Positions 37,012 to 49,569 of a DNA stretch of 64,000 bases are shown here, piece by piece. A model generated the notes under the pieces. It was not told the DNA's origin and did not search any database. It saw only the letters and a program-made list of their open reading frames with translations. Source of the DNA: Octopus sinensis. Taxonomy: Eukaryota. The DNA lies in NCBI RefSeq assembly GCF_006345805.1, contig NC_043022.1:2604001-2668000 (forward strand). The letters are read 5' to 3'. The translations under genes were made by a program, and so were the position numbers. Positions within the stretch are counted from its first letter, which is position 1. Each line of letters begins with the position of its first letter.

Positions 37012-37580
37012 AGGTAGCGAGCTGGCAGAAACGTTAGCATGCCAGGCAAAATGCGTAGCCGTATTTCGTCTGCCGTTACGTTCTGAGTTCAAATTCCGCC
37101 AAGGTTGACTTTGCCTTTCATCCTTTCGGGGTCGATAAATTAAGTACCAGTTATGCACTGGGGTCGATATAATCGACTTAATCCGTTTGTCTGTCCTTGT
37201 TTATCCCCTCTCTGTTTAGCCCCTTGTGGGTAGTAAAGAAATAGGTATTTCGTCCGTCTTTACGTTCTGAGTTCAAATTCTGCCGAGGTTGACTTTGCCT
37301 TTCATCCTTTCGGGGTCGATTAAATAAGCACCAGTTACGCACTGGGGTCGATGTAATCGACTTAATCCGTTAGTCTGTCCTTGTTTGTCCCCTCTGTGTT
37401 TAGCCCCTTGTAGGTAGTAAAGAAATAGGTATTTCATCTGTCTTTGTGTTCTGAGTTCAAATTCCGCTGAGGTCGACTTCGCCTTTCATCCTTTCAAGTA
37501 CTAGTTGTGTACTGGGGTTGATCTAATCGACTGGCCCCCTCCCCCAAAATTTCAGGCCTTGTGCCTAGAGTAGAAAAGAA
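37012..37580 (+). mobile_element. SINE B composite: head + (body + B1 tail) x2 + body + B0 tail, 16-bp TSD
   Basis: aatattatgaccttgg at 36994-37009 and 37579-37594; both internal junctions are aaagaaata|ggtatttc. Confidence 0.9.
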
Positions 37581-38019
37581 TATTATGACCTTGGGTATCA
37601 GCGAAGCATAAATTTCACCCTATTTACCAAAAACGGTGATGGGAGAATCACCGAATAACTAGTTGCCAGAGAAAAATTGCTGTTTTAATATTAAGTGGGG
37701 CAAAAAGGGTGGGGTAGGTTTTTTTTGTTTTTCCCATTTTTTTAATATTTTGTTAAATGTTTGTTGGGGTCAAAAGTACTGTTCTAATAACCCCTATGCA
37801 AACTAGGCCAAAAGACTGCTTTGGCTGGCACCGAGACATTTCCTTGCCGTGATTTCTTCATTCTTAAAACACTTGTTTCCCTGCTGTGAGTGAAGTTTGT
37901 AGTTGACACCCTTCGGTGAGGGACTTCAAGGAGGAACTGTGAGATGCCATCAACCGATTCTTCAACTCACACACAACCCCTCTTACACGACAACACTGTT
38001 CTTTTCAATGAACGCTTGG

Positions 38020-38350
38020 GACGACTACTACTACCATCACCACTGCCACCACCATCACCACCACCACTTCTACTACTACTACCATCACCACTACCACCAC
38101 CACCACTACCACCACCACCACTTCTACTACTACTACTACTACTACTACTATCACCACCACCACCACTACTACTGCTGCTGCTACTACCACCACCACCACT
38201 ATTACTACTGCTACTACTATCACCACCGCTACTGCTGCTACTACTACCACTGTTGCTGTTGCAGCTACCACCACTTCTGCCACCGCCACTGCTGCTACTA
38301 CTACTACTACTACAATCACCACCACTACAACTGCAGCTGCTGCTGCTGCC
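38020..38350. repeat. (CAC/TAC/TGC)n trinucleotide array
   Basis: Direct inspection. Confidence 0.95.
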
Positions 38351-38380
38351 ATATTTATTTTGTCACTCTTTGATATATAT

Positions 38381-38801
38381 ACTCTTTTACTCTTTTCAGT
38401 CATTTGACTGCGGCCATGCTGGAGCACCGCCTTTAGTCGAGCAAATCGACCCTGGGACTTATTCTTTGTAAGCCCAGTACTTATTCATCGGTCTCTTTTT
38501 GCCGAACCGCTAAGTAACGGGGACGTAAACACACCAGCATTGGTTGTCAAGCAATGCTAGGGGGACAAACACAGACACACAAACACACACACACACACAC
38601 ATACATATATATATATTATATATATATATATATATATACGACGGGCTTCTTTCAGTTTCCATCTACCAAATCCACTCACAAGGCATTGGTCGGCCCGGGG
38701 CTATAGCAGAAGACACTTGCCCAAGATGCCACGAAGTGGGACTGAACCCGGAACCATGTGGTTGGTTAGCAAGCTACTTACCACACAGCCACTCCTACGC
38801 C
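38381..38801 (-). mobile_element. SINE family A, full length
   Basis: Reverse complement of family A. Confidence 0.92.
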
Positions 38802-39284
38802 TCTTTCTTCAACTTCAGCTTGAGTTCACCAAAGAACTATGAAATATTGGTTTCAAATTTTGGCACAAGGCCAGCAAGATTGGTGCTGGGAGAGGGGCTA
38901 AGGTCAATGAAATCAGCCCCAGTGCTTGACTGGTTCTTATTTTATCAAACCAGAAAAGGATAAAAGTCAAAGCTGACCTCGGTGGAATTTGAACTCAGAA
39001 CGTGGAGACAGATGAAATACTACTAAGCATTTTCACCAGCGTGCCAACGATTCTGCCAGCTCTCTACCTTAATAATTACATTGGGTTCAAATATTGGCAC
39101 AAGGCCAGCAATTCCAGGTGAGGGGCCAATTCGATTACATTGACCCCAGGCCTTAGTTAGTGCTTATTTCTTATTTTATCTACTCTCGAAGGGATAAATG
39201 GTAAAGTCAAAGTCAGTGGAATTTGAGCTCAGAATGTAATGTAAAGACAGACAAAATGTCACTGAGAATTGTGTGCGGTCTGTT

Positions 39285-40399
39285 CAGGGCCATCGCTAAG
39301 CACCTGCAACCCCTGTGTTTGCTGGGGGCTTCCACAGTTGAGGGGCCCCATGTTAAGATCAAAGTACGTAGATGAGTCATCTATTTACTTTGGTTAAGAT
39401 GCTGAGCAAGAATTAAATTATCTATTATCATCATTTAATGTCCACTTTCCATGCTGGCATGGGTTGGACGGTTTGACCGAGTACTTGCAAGCCTGGAGGC
39501 TGCACCAGGCTCCAATCTGATCTGGAAGAGTTTCTACGGCTGGATGCCCTTCCTCACACCAACCACTCCAAGAGTGTAGTAGGTACATTTTACATGCCAC
39601 CAGTGCAGGAGCCAGTCAGGCGGCACTGGCATTGGCCACACTTGAATGGTGCTTTTTGCATGCCACCGGTGCAGGTGCCAGTCAGGCGGCACTGGCATTG
39701 GCCACACTTGAATGGTGCTTTTTGCATGCCACCGGTGCAGGTGCCAGTCAGGCGGCACTGGCATTGGCCACACTTGAATGGTGCTTTTTGCATGCCACCG
39801 GCGCAGGAGCCAGTCAGGCGGCACTGGCATTGGCCACACTTGAATGGTGCCTTTTGCATGCCACCGGCGCAGGTGCCAGTCAGGCGGCACTGGCATTAGT
39901 CACGACTACAATCTCACTTGGTTCGACAGGTGTTAACTGAAAATTTCAAGAAATAAAATAGTAATACGTTGTACCTGCAAAAGTTCTTGTAAAAATATTA
40001 CAATGTACCACGAACGTGTACCAGACTTTGTGGGTTGTCTACGACATCTATTGAACACAAACTTAGCTCTCAGCTTTTGATTATTCTGAACTGATCAATG
40101 ATATCACAAAGTGAAAAGTGCACCGTGTTTGTCTTTGAAAGTTGCCTGGATTATAAAAATGCTCTTTTATTCATGTCTGGAAGTTTTACTTATTGAAATT
40201 TGTAATAAACCTAAATAAATTTGACTTGTTGTAGTTTTAAAGATGTTCTTTAGGATAACGGGAAATATTGAACTTCAGATAGAATAAAGTAAAATATAGC
40301 TGTGAATAGAAGGTGCGTAGATTATGAGTTTTGATTGAAGGGATGGGGCCTTGAAACAAAAAGTTGCAGGGGGCCTCTCAAAGTCACATGAGGGAGCTG
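39285..40399 (-). mobile_element. hAT-like DNA transposon with 8-bp TSD, inserted in a SINE B0 and containing a family E element
   Basis: ggtctgtt (39277-39284) and ggtctgct (40400-40407); termini cagggcc / ggagctg. Confidence 0.78.
39420..39930 (-). mobile_element. Family E element with ~5 x 66-bp units
   Basis: Repeats gccagtcaggcggcactggcattggccacacttgaatggtgc; E tail toward 39420. Confidence 0.88.
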
Positions 40400-40455
40400 G
40401 GTCTGCTAACGATTCTGCCAGCTCACTGCCTTACAACTATAAAATATTAGTTTAA

Positions 40456-40674
40456 CCCTTTAGTGTTCAGATTACTCTGTTAAATGTAATACTTTTTCAC
40501 TCAAATGTTTTTAATTAATCATGCATTATGTTATATCTTTGAGGTTTCAGTGATGTGATGGTTTATTTTTAGCATGACATTGTAGGTTAGGTGTGAGAGG
40601 CTAGATATTGCCAGTTTGAATATAAAACTTTTAGAATATTTGGGCTGGATATGGCCGGTTTAAACACTAAAGGG
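40456..40674. mobile_element. piggyBac-like MITE (family 2)
   Basis: TTAA|ccctttagtgtt...aacactaaaggg|TTAA. Confidence 0.85.
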
Positions 40675-40995
40675 TTAAATAACACAAGACAATTTAGACG
40701 AGGTAATTTATTTAGTTGAAGCACCGTGGGTACATGTTCTAACTAAACTGGTTTGATCTTGACTGTCCATGCATGAATAGCAAAGGTGAATGTTCAAAAG
40801 GGTGGTGGTGGTGGTGGTGGTAGTGGTGAGGAAGCCTGAGACACTACATGAACAGGTGCAGGCGTGGTTGTGTGCTAAGAAGCTTGCAACATTGAAAGAA
40901 CAAAACCTTATTTTGTACAAAATTGTGTAATATCTTTATTATCCTGACTCTAATATTATACTCTTAAATCCTGTAAAACAATCTGTTTTTCATGT

Positions 40996-41028
<33 letters not shown>

Positions 41029-41105
41029 TATATATATATATATATAATAATTATTATATATATATCACTGGGCCATTGCACCTCCACAATGTATGTATAT
41101 ATATA

Positions 41106-41150
<45 letters not shown>

Positions 41151-41156
41151 CATTGT

Positions 41157-41462
41157 GGAGGCGCAATGGCCCAGTGATTAGGGCAGCAGACTCGCGGTCG
41201 CAGGATTGCGGTTTCGATTCTCAGACCGGGTGTTGTGAGTGTTTATTGAATGAAAACACCTAAAAGCTCCACGATGCTCCAGCAGGGGGTAGTGATCCCT
41301 GCTGTACTCTTTCACCACTCTTTCTCCCACTCTTTCTTCTGTTGGCCTGCTCGCTTAGCCAGCAGGGTGGCGTCATTCGAAGGCTAAAACAATGCGAACG
41401 CATTGTGACCAGCGATGTATAACAACATCTGATGGTCTGGTCGGTCACGTGATCACGTGATC
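41157..41462 (+). mobile_element. SINE family C, tail type 2
   Basis: Matches the reverse complement of 35378-35667. Confidence 0.9.
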
Positions 41463-42876
41463 ATATATACATACACATATATACATATATGTGTATTCAT
41501 TATTAAGGGGGCTATTTACAATTTACAACTGAAAGGCAACAGGTATAGTCGTCCCTAAAGTGACTGAGGGTGCTAGTGAGCAGCAGCGTTGCTAGAAATA
41601 AGAGACAAAACAACCCTTAGCCACATGGGAACACTTTTCTAATGACTGACAAGGGAGACAAGCTCCCTCCCTACACCAAGCAAGATGGAATCATATCAAC
41701 GCAGATTTCAGATTTCATTAATCGGATCTGTTCAGTTTCACTCAGATTTTTTTAATTATTATTTTTTTTAACTAAACAGTTGGAAACTTTTGTATACTGG
41801 TGTAATTTCTCATGCTGAACACAGTTTACTTTCAACATTTTTGACAAAATTTCGTATTTTAGAAGTTATTTCATGTTAAAGTTGTCGTATTTGGGTAATT
41901 TTTAACCAATCAGTGATGTGTATTCAGTTGAAGAAAGCCACTGCTGTTTGCGATAGTAATCAAAGAGGAACAACTTCTGGGTCATCTCTACTAAACGTCA
42001 CCACTTTTCTCTATTCATATGTTGTTCCTTGGTCATAGCTGACACAAAAGAGAAGCTTTTGACTGCAAGAAAGACGATACCACCTTTATCTTTTCTTCCT
42101 TTCTAATCAGCACCATGCATTCCTTACTCTTTTCCTCTCTACTGGCAGACAGCCACTTCTACTCTATCTACTACTGACCATCATCACACCTGATTTCTTC
42201 TTTATTTATATTTTTTTTTCAATCCTGTAGGTGCAGGTGTCGTTGTGAGGCCCTGGTATGGCTGTGTGGCAAGAAGTTTTTCTCCCAACCATATGGTTCC
42301 GGGTTCATTCCCACTGCATGGCACCTTGGGCAAGTGTCTTCTGTCATAGCAGTGTGCTAACCAAAGCCTTGTGAGGGGATTTAGTAAACAGAGACTGAAA
42401 GAAGCCCATTAGTGCCTATTTAAGCAGCATATTCATTGATAGCTAATAATAAGTTGGATGTGAAACTGAAGAAAGGACAATGATTCCTGAAATATGCATC
42501 TACACCTGTTACCTATTCTTCTATTTTTTATTGCATTGTTTACATAGACATGTTCATTTATGAAATGTCATAACTTTCAGTGCTGGCTCTAAATTCTATA
42601 GAAAATCAGTAGAGGTACATTTAAAATGTGTGTGTGTGTTTGCATGTGTGTGTAACTGACTCCTTCCCTTGACATCATGTAGTAACTGTAAACAAGTATT
42701 ACCAGCATGGTAATACTTGTCTCCTTCTTTTCCAATCTTCCGTAAAAACATGTCTGGCCATTGGAAACAGGTGAAGGTTGGCAACAGGAAGGGCATTCAG
42801 CTGTAGAAAATCTACCTCAACAAATTCCATCTTTTCCATGTGGAAAATTGGACATTATAATGGTATGGCTAATTAA

Positions 42877-43485
42877 TCTCTCTTTATATATAAAGCTGAA
42901 GTTGTCTGTGTGTGGCAGGTTTGGTAGCCTTCAACTAACACTATCTCCTCCGAGACCCTGTGGCGCAAGTTGACCAAAATTGAGAGTCTGATAGAAGAAG
43001 GCTTGCTCTTCCTTCTGTAGTAGAAAAAATTCAAATTGGACCATGTTAACACCAAAAATTATTTACATCAAAAAGGTGCTTTTTTTCTATGAAAATCCGT
43101 ATTTTTTAAAATGCTGTGTCGCCATTTTTTGGTGTATTTCAACCAGAAAAATGTTCACTTAACTCTTTAGTGTTCAGATTACTCTGTTAAATGTAATATT
43201 TTTTCACTCAAATTGTTTTGAATTAATCATGCATTATCTTATAGCTTTGAGGTTTCAGTGACATGATTGTTTATTTTAAGAATGTCAGTGTAGGTTAGGT
43301 GTGAGAGGTTGGATCTGGCCAGTTTGAATATAAAACATGTGGAATATCTGGGCCAGATATGGCCGGTTTAAACACTAAAGGGTTAAAGAGAATAACAAGC
43401 TACATAATGCAAAATTTTTACTTTCCAAAAATTCCAATTCTAAAGGGTCGAAACAAACCTGAGCAACGCCGGGCGATACTGTTAG
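42877..43485 (+). mobile_element. Non-autonomous Helitron-like element carrying a piggyBac-like MITE
   Basis: A|TCtctctttatatataaagctgaag 5' end; 3' hairpin cctgagcaacgccgggc plus (C>T)TAG|T. Confidence 0.8.
43163..43382. mobile_element. piggyBac-like MITE (family 2) with duplicated TTAA
   Basis: TTAA at 43159-43162 and 43383-43386; the Helitron copy at 21032-21358 lacks this insert. Confidence 0.88.
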
Positions 43486-44304
43486 TTTTTTAAAATCTAA
43501 GTTAAAAGCCATCAACCTCTGTTTCCTCTCTCTGTCTTAAATACCATAGTGAGAACAGTCAATTTTTTTCTTCTTCTCCCCCTCTTTTTATGAAATCCAA
43601 ATTCCAAACCCTCACCTCTAGTGACCATTTCTCCTTTCAGTTCTCTTACCCAACTATTCAACCAATCTTTGAGGCCATTGTTCTGCTGCCAGAAATCCAC
43701 TGAGACAAAGCAACACATTCTAGCATTGCCCTGGCTCCAAGATTGAAGAATTTATCCATGGAAGTATCCCTCTTTAGGTGAGACAACCAGTGTAAGATCG
43801 TCTAAAGGTGCTGTGAAACATGCGACCATTAAATTTAAAAACATTTTTTTCTGTTCAGCATGGAGAATTAGTTTTTTTCATTAGTGAGGGCTTTAAAAAC
43901 TGTCCTTTCATTTGAAGTGTTTTATCTAAGATAGTTGAGCATCAGGGCCTGTTTTCACTCTTCGTCCTTCATATTTATAATCCTGCTCTCAGCATTAACC
44001 CCACACAATTCTCTGAGGAAGATGCCTTATTTCCTGCCACAAAGGATCATTTGTACAATCTTAGCTACTTCCAAGGAAACTTTGAAAATATCAGGAATAT
44101 TGCATTTCTAAATCTCTCAAAGAGACTTGTACTGGGTGCTGGCTTTGCTGGGTGGAGGTGCTTATCTCCCCTGTTTGAAAACTTAAGGACACAGAATGCT
44201 TGTGTCACATAGCCAACTGGAAACGATGTTTCCTGTGGCTAAATAACAGTAGCATTCTTACCTTTCATGGGACTGCCACATTAAGTTGGCAACAAACCAT
44301 CACT

Positions 44305-44531
44305 TTATAAAAATGTTCTTTTATTCATATCTGGAAGTTTTACTTATTGAAATTTGTAATAGACCTAAATAAATTTGACTTGTTGTAGTTTTAAAGATGT
44401 TCTTTAGGATAACGTGAAATATTGAACTTCAGATAGAATAAAGTAAAATATAGCTATGAATAGAAGGTGCATAGATTATGAGTTTTGATTGAAGGGATGG
44501 GGCCTTGAAACAAAATGTTGCAGGGGACCTC
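44305..44531 (-). mobile_element. Partial copy of the hAT-like element
   Basis: Near-identical to about 40150-40380. Confidence 0.8.
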
Positions 44532-44816
44532 TAAATGTTGTGCGATGGAGGGTGCATGTGTTTGTCACCTTGTGTTGACATCATGTAATAGTTGTAAATG
44601 AGTGTCACTGTCATACAAGCAGTGTCGTTCATTTCCAATATTCTGTGAGAACATGTTTGGCCATGGTGGGGGTGGAATATTACCTTGCTTGGAAACGGGT
44701 AAGGGTTGGTGACAGGAAGGGCATCCAGCTGCTTCAATAAACTACATCTGACTCGTGCAACCGGGGAAAAGTGGGCCATTAAATGATAAAACGCGTGTGT
44801 GTATGTGTATATATAT

Positions 44817-45043
44817 TCTTTTATTCTTTTACTTGTTTCAGTCATTTGACTGCAACCATGCTGGAGCACCACCTTTAGTCGAAGGAATCGACCCCAGGAC
44901 TTATTTCTTGTAAGCCTAGTACTTATTCTGTCGGTTTCATTTGCCGAATCGCTAAGTTACAGGGACATAAACACACCAACATAGATGTCAAGTGATGTTG
45001 GTGGGGACAAACACACAAACATATACACACATACATACTAATA

Positions 45044-45084
<41 letters not shown>

Positions 45085-45244
45085 CGGGCTTCTTTCAGTT
45101 TCCATCTACTAAATCCACTCACAAGGCATCGGTCAGCCTGAGGCTATAGTAGAAGACATTTGTCCAAGGTGCCATGCAGTGGGATTGAACCTGGAACCAT
45201 GTGGTTGGGAAGCAAGCTTCTTACCACACAGCCACTCTTGCACC
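44817..45244 (-). mobile_element. SINE family A
   Basis: Reverse complement of family A. Confidence 0.88.
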
Positions 45245-45249
45245 CGTGT

Positions 45250-46245
45250 ATATATAACTATAGATACTAACCTGACGGTTGTCAATTTCTTAGACGTTTC
45301 CTTAGATCTTAATAAGAATATTTATAAGCCTTATAGGAAGCCCAATGATAGACTAAGTTATATTAATGTAGGTTCATGCCATCCCCCTATAGTATTCAAA
45401 AATTTAGTTAAAAATTTAGTTAGTAAGAGGATTTCTAGCCTCTCATCTGATGAGGACATATTCAATAGCGTTGCCCCAGTTTATAATAAGGCTTTAAAAG
45501 ATAGTGGTTTTAGCGATAAAATAAAATATACACCTATCACTAGCCCAACAGTAAGGAAAAGGAATAATAGAAATAGGAAGGTCATCTGGTTTACGCCCCC
45601 TTACTCACCCGAGGTGGCCTTCAATATAGGTAAATATTTCCTAGCACTGATAGATAGACATTTTCCAGTTAACCATACTTATAGGAAACTCTTCAATAGA
45701 CACAATTTAAAAATTAGTTTTAGTTCAACTACCAATTTTAAAAACATAATCAAACATAACATACAAAAAACACAAGAAGAAAACAGCTGTTCATGCAGGA
45801 ATAAAGAATTGTGCCCGCTAAATGGAGCTTGCATGTCCAAGACCATCATATATGAAGCTACCGTAAACTCTATAACCACTAAAGACACCGTTTCGACGAA
45901 GAAATACGTGGGCCTTACAGAGGGTAATTTCAAGGCCAGGTTCAATAACCACACTTTGAGCTTTAGGCACTGGAACAAAGAAAAGCGACACAATTATCTA
46001 ATCATATTTGGTCTTTAAGAGATAAAGGTGTCGATTATAACATACAATGGAAGATTTTGGCCAGATGTAAGCCCTATACTAACGGCAGCGGAAGGTGCGA
46101 TCTATGCGACATGGAGAGATGGCTTATCTGGAAAAGCAGCTTAGACCCTACTACATGTCTAAATACAAGGACAGAGCTTTTCGGATCATGCCCACATGTG
46201 ACTAAATTTCTGTTACGTTTTTGGTCCCCTAAAGAAAACAGATAG
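45250..46245 (+). pseudogene. PLE RT thumb + GIY-YIG endonuclease, frameshift near 45990
   Basis: VNFLDVSLDL, YKPYRKPN, SCHPP, VIWFTPPYS, CSCRNKELCPLNGAC, IIYEATV...KYVGLTEGNFKARFNNH, RCDLCDMERWLI, LNTRTELFGSCPH. Clade assignment rests on recalled Naiad motifs. Confidence 0.85.
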
Positions 46246-46432
46246 AACATGCTTTCTATGTTATGTCCCAAGAAGAATTTATATATTTTTATATATTTTT
46301 ATATATTTTTTATGTATTTTTATATAATTTTTATGACGAAAAATGCGAGCGATGTATAAGTACGCAGGCAAGCAGAGTTATAACAGAGTAATTTCCCTTT
46401 ATTTAACGGTATTTTTTCATAACGTTTTCAAA

Positions 46433-46505
46433 TAGCCAGATAACCGAAGAGATGGTGTTGTGGATTTCCACTTCGGCATCTGAAGCTCAGAGTTTTATCT
46501 TGACT
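46433..46505 (+). ncRNA. Hammerhead-like fold with two core substitutions, probably inactive
   Basis: agataa CCGAAGA gatg...catc t GAA Gctcagagt t ttatct: 6-bp stem I and stem II present; core changes U4>C and A15.1>G. Confidence 0.6.
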
Positions 46506-47410
46506 ACCGAGTAATGTAACATATTGTATATATATATATATATATATGAGCGTGTCTTTGTGTCTGTCATATATATATTTATGTATGTATGCAGGTGTGT
46601 CTTTATGTGTTTGTCTCCCATCACTGCTTAACAACTGGTGTTGGTGTGTTTACATCCCCATAAGTTAGTGATTCAGCAGAAGAATGCAATAGGATAAGTA
46701 GTGTGCTTTAAAAAGAACAAAAATGAACTGGGGTCGATTCCTTTGACTAACAATTCTTCAAGGTGCCTGGATATTACATGATGTCGGAAGCAAATATGTC
46801 TCCTCGCCTGGGCAGCACATGACATCAGAAACCAATGTTCTCATCATCTAAGCAATGTCCTTTGTCCCCAGTCTTCCATGCAATACCTGTGTAGCTATGG
46901 AGAAATACAACCTTACCTGTTAACAGGTAGGGGTTGCATCTGGCTGTACCTGCCTCAACAAAATTTCATGTAACCTCTGCAAATATGGAAAAGTGGATAT
47001 TAAAAGAATGATGATGATGATGATAATCACCGGAATATTGGACAAAATGCCTTGTGGTATTTATTCTGGCACCTTATGTTCTGAGTTCGTATCCCACCAA
47101 TGTTAACTGTCTTTTATTCTTCGGTAAATGATAACAGTACCTGTGTAAGAGAGTGGGCTCACAGAATCGTAAGAATGTCGAGCAGGATACCTTGCTATAG
47201 TAGTTCTTGTTCTTCATGGTCTGACTTCCAACCCTGTTCTGGCCTACTTGAAAACTAGACTTAAATCTATCAGTTGATTTAACAGCACCACCACCTGGCC
47301 CTTTGGCTACCTTCAGTGGTTTCCTTTTTTCCTCTCTGTTCGACGCTGCCTTTGTCATTCCCTCCCGCTCATGGACTCTGCAAATTGTCAGGACTAAAGG
47401 ATATATATAT

Positions 47411-47606
47411 ACTCTTTTACTTGTTTCACTCATTTGATTGTGGCCATGCTGGAGCACCGCCTTTAGTTGTACTTATTCTTTGGAAGCTTAGTTCTTATTC
47501 TATCGGTTCCTTTTGCCGAACCGCTAAGTTACGGGGATGTATACACACCAGCAGCAGTTGTCAAGCGATGTTGGGGTGACAAACACAGACACACAAACAT
47601 ATACAC

Positions 47607-47641
<35 letters not shown>

Positions 47642-47817
47642 TACACACACACACGACAGGCTTCTTTCAGTTTCCATCTACCATATCCACTCACACAGCT
47701 TTGGTCGGCCTGAGGCTATAGTAGAAGACACTTGCCCAAGGTGCCATCCAGTGGGACTGAACCCGGAACCATGTGGTTGGTAAGCAAGCTACTTACCCAC
47801 ACAGCCACTCCTACGCC
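47411..47817 (-). mobile_element. SINE family A
   Basis: Reverse complement of family A. Confidence 0.9.
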
Positions 47818-47855
47818 TAACATCTATCTATCTATCTATCTATATATATATATAT

Positions 47856-47907
<52 letters not shown>

Positions 47908-48004
47908 GCATATATATATATAAATATATACACACACACACACATATATATATTATACACACACACATATATATATATATATACACACACACACATATAT
48001 ATAT

Positions 48005-48065
<61 letters not shown>

Positions 48066-48276
48066 ACGCAACAAAAAGCCATTGCGTTTCAGGGGAAACA
48101 ACCCTGCAACATTGCACCTGCCCTACAACTATTTATATCTCGATACACAGGTAAAAGCGCGCCCACTGCCATCAAATGCCAAGTTTTACTCGTTTTTGGT
48201 AACCTCTTGTGATAAATTCAGATCTCACACAGCCAGATACTTCAGCTAGTAATTACTTTAAGTCGTATAAATCTTC

Positions 48277-48700
48277 CTAACCCTTTACAAATTTCAAATA
48301 TACGCCACTGCGACAAGCTGTACTGAGTGTCTTCGGTTGTATCCGAAGAAAATCTGCCTTCTTGATAGGGAAGCCCTGCTTACTTAACATTCTATTAGCT
48401 TTGCCTGGTTTCATCAAAGAAACCCTTCAATCTGTCCCTTCTACTGCAATTCCAATTGTTATCGCTCTCAGTTTTATATTGTTCTCCACCGCACGTATCT
48501 TATTGGACCCCTATTTCGCAGTCTTTTCGTCCCCATAATCTTCTCCACTCCCCTTATGTCTCATTTCTATCGCAGCCCTTTCTGGGACTCCCCTCCCTGC
48601 GACCGGCACGCGAAACAATAACAGATCTATGAAGCCTTGTTCAGCGATCTCTCGTCATCCAGTCGAAGAAAGCCTGCAAAGTTGAATTCTGGACAGACCT
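48277..48700 (-). pseudogene. Possible restriction-like endonuclease fossil of an R2-superfamily retrotransposon
   Basis: One frame with stops: G*REIAEQGFIDLLLFR...AAIEMR...DEKTAK*...ITIGIAVEGT...LSKQGF; K..K* could be the K..KY motif. Confidence 0.4.
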
Positions 48701-49569
48701 TGTCTTCTCCCTACAATAATCAAATGCGACAATTAACTGCACCAACTTTAATTACATAATCTGGTTTTTGTTTTAAAAGCAACCATTTCGCTAATAAATT
48801 TTACGAACTTTTACAATTGTAATTTTAACATGTTGACTGCTGTTGTTATTATCAGATATCTCACCCCTATTTAAATATCTGTTTTATTTGGGGCCACCCC
48901 ACGAATATAAAATGCCAAGTATTTCTTGCTCAACACGATTTGAACTTGCAAATTAAATCCTTCCATTACATTGATTTGCAAGTTTTAATTGTTTGTTTAA
49001 AAAATTTTTTTAATTATTTTATTAGTTTACAATATTCAAAACACCCATATTATGAGGCTTGCTCCTGCAGCCTTGAACAATATTCATATTGAAATAAATT
49101 GCCGTGTCTTCCCTTAAAGGAAATCGTTATTTCTATGAGAAAGAAAGAAATAGATACAAAAATCAATAAAAATAGACATTTGCTGTTAGAATACTCTTCT
49201 GCAATGGGGAAAGTTGCTGTGCTATAAATTTCACGTTTATTGCCTCGAAATTATATTAATTAAACCACAGAAAATCTTAAAAAAGAAAAATTACACAACT
49301 GTTTTTTTTTTAAATAAATAAATATATTTTTAATTAGTAATAATTCTAATTAAAGCTAACGATACTGATTTCTCCGACTGTTAACCTGGTCTTTATTTAT
49401 AAAACATTTTTTTTTCTTTTAATATTTGTATCTACACACGTAAATATATTTATTTAAAGAGAAGAAAAAAATAAAGACTGCTTTTTTATTAGATTAACGG
49501 TTGGAAGAAGAAGAAAAAAAAATTAACTGGTGACCATCAGTATATTAATAAAACTCGGCATTAATTTGA

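Larger units (their letters stand above)
45250..46520 (+). mobile_element. Penelope-like element (Naiad-type), 5'-truncated, with 3' terminal repeat region
   Basis: RT C-terminus and GIY-YIG coding remnant, AT-rich 3' UTR, hammerhead-like fold, (TA)n end. Confidence 0.88.

Noticed and set aside
45780-46380. Selenoprotein-type Naiad (UGA recoding)
   Set aside because: The relevant cysteines are TGT/TGC here, and no convincing SECIS-like element was seen.
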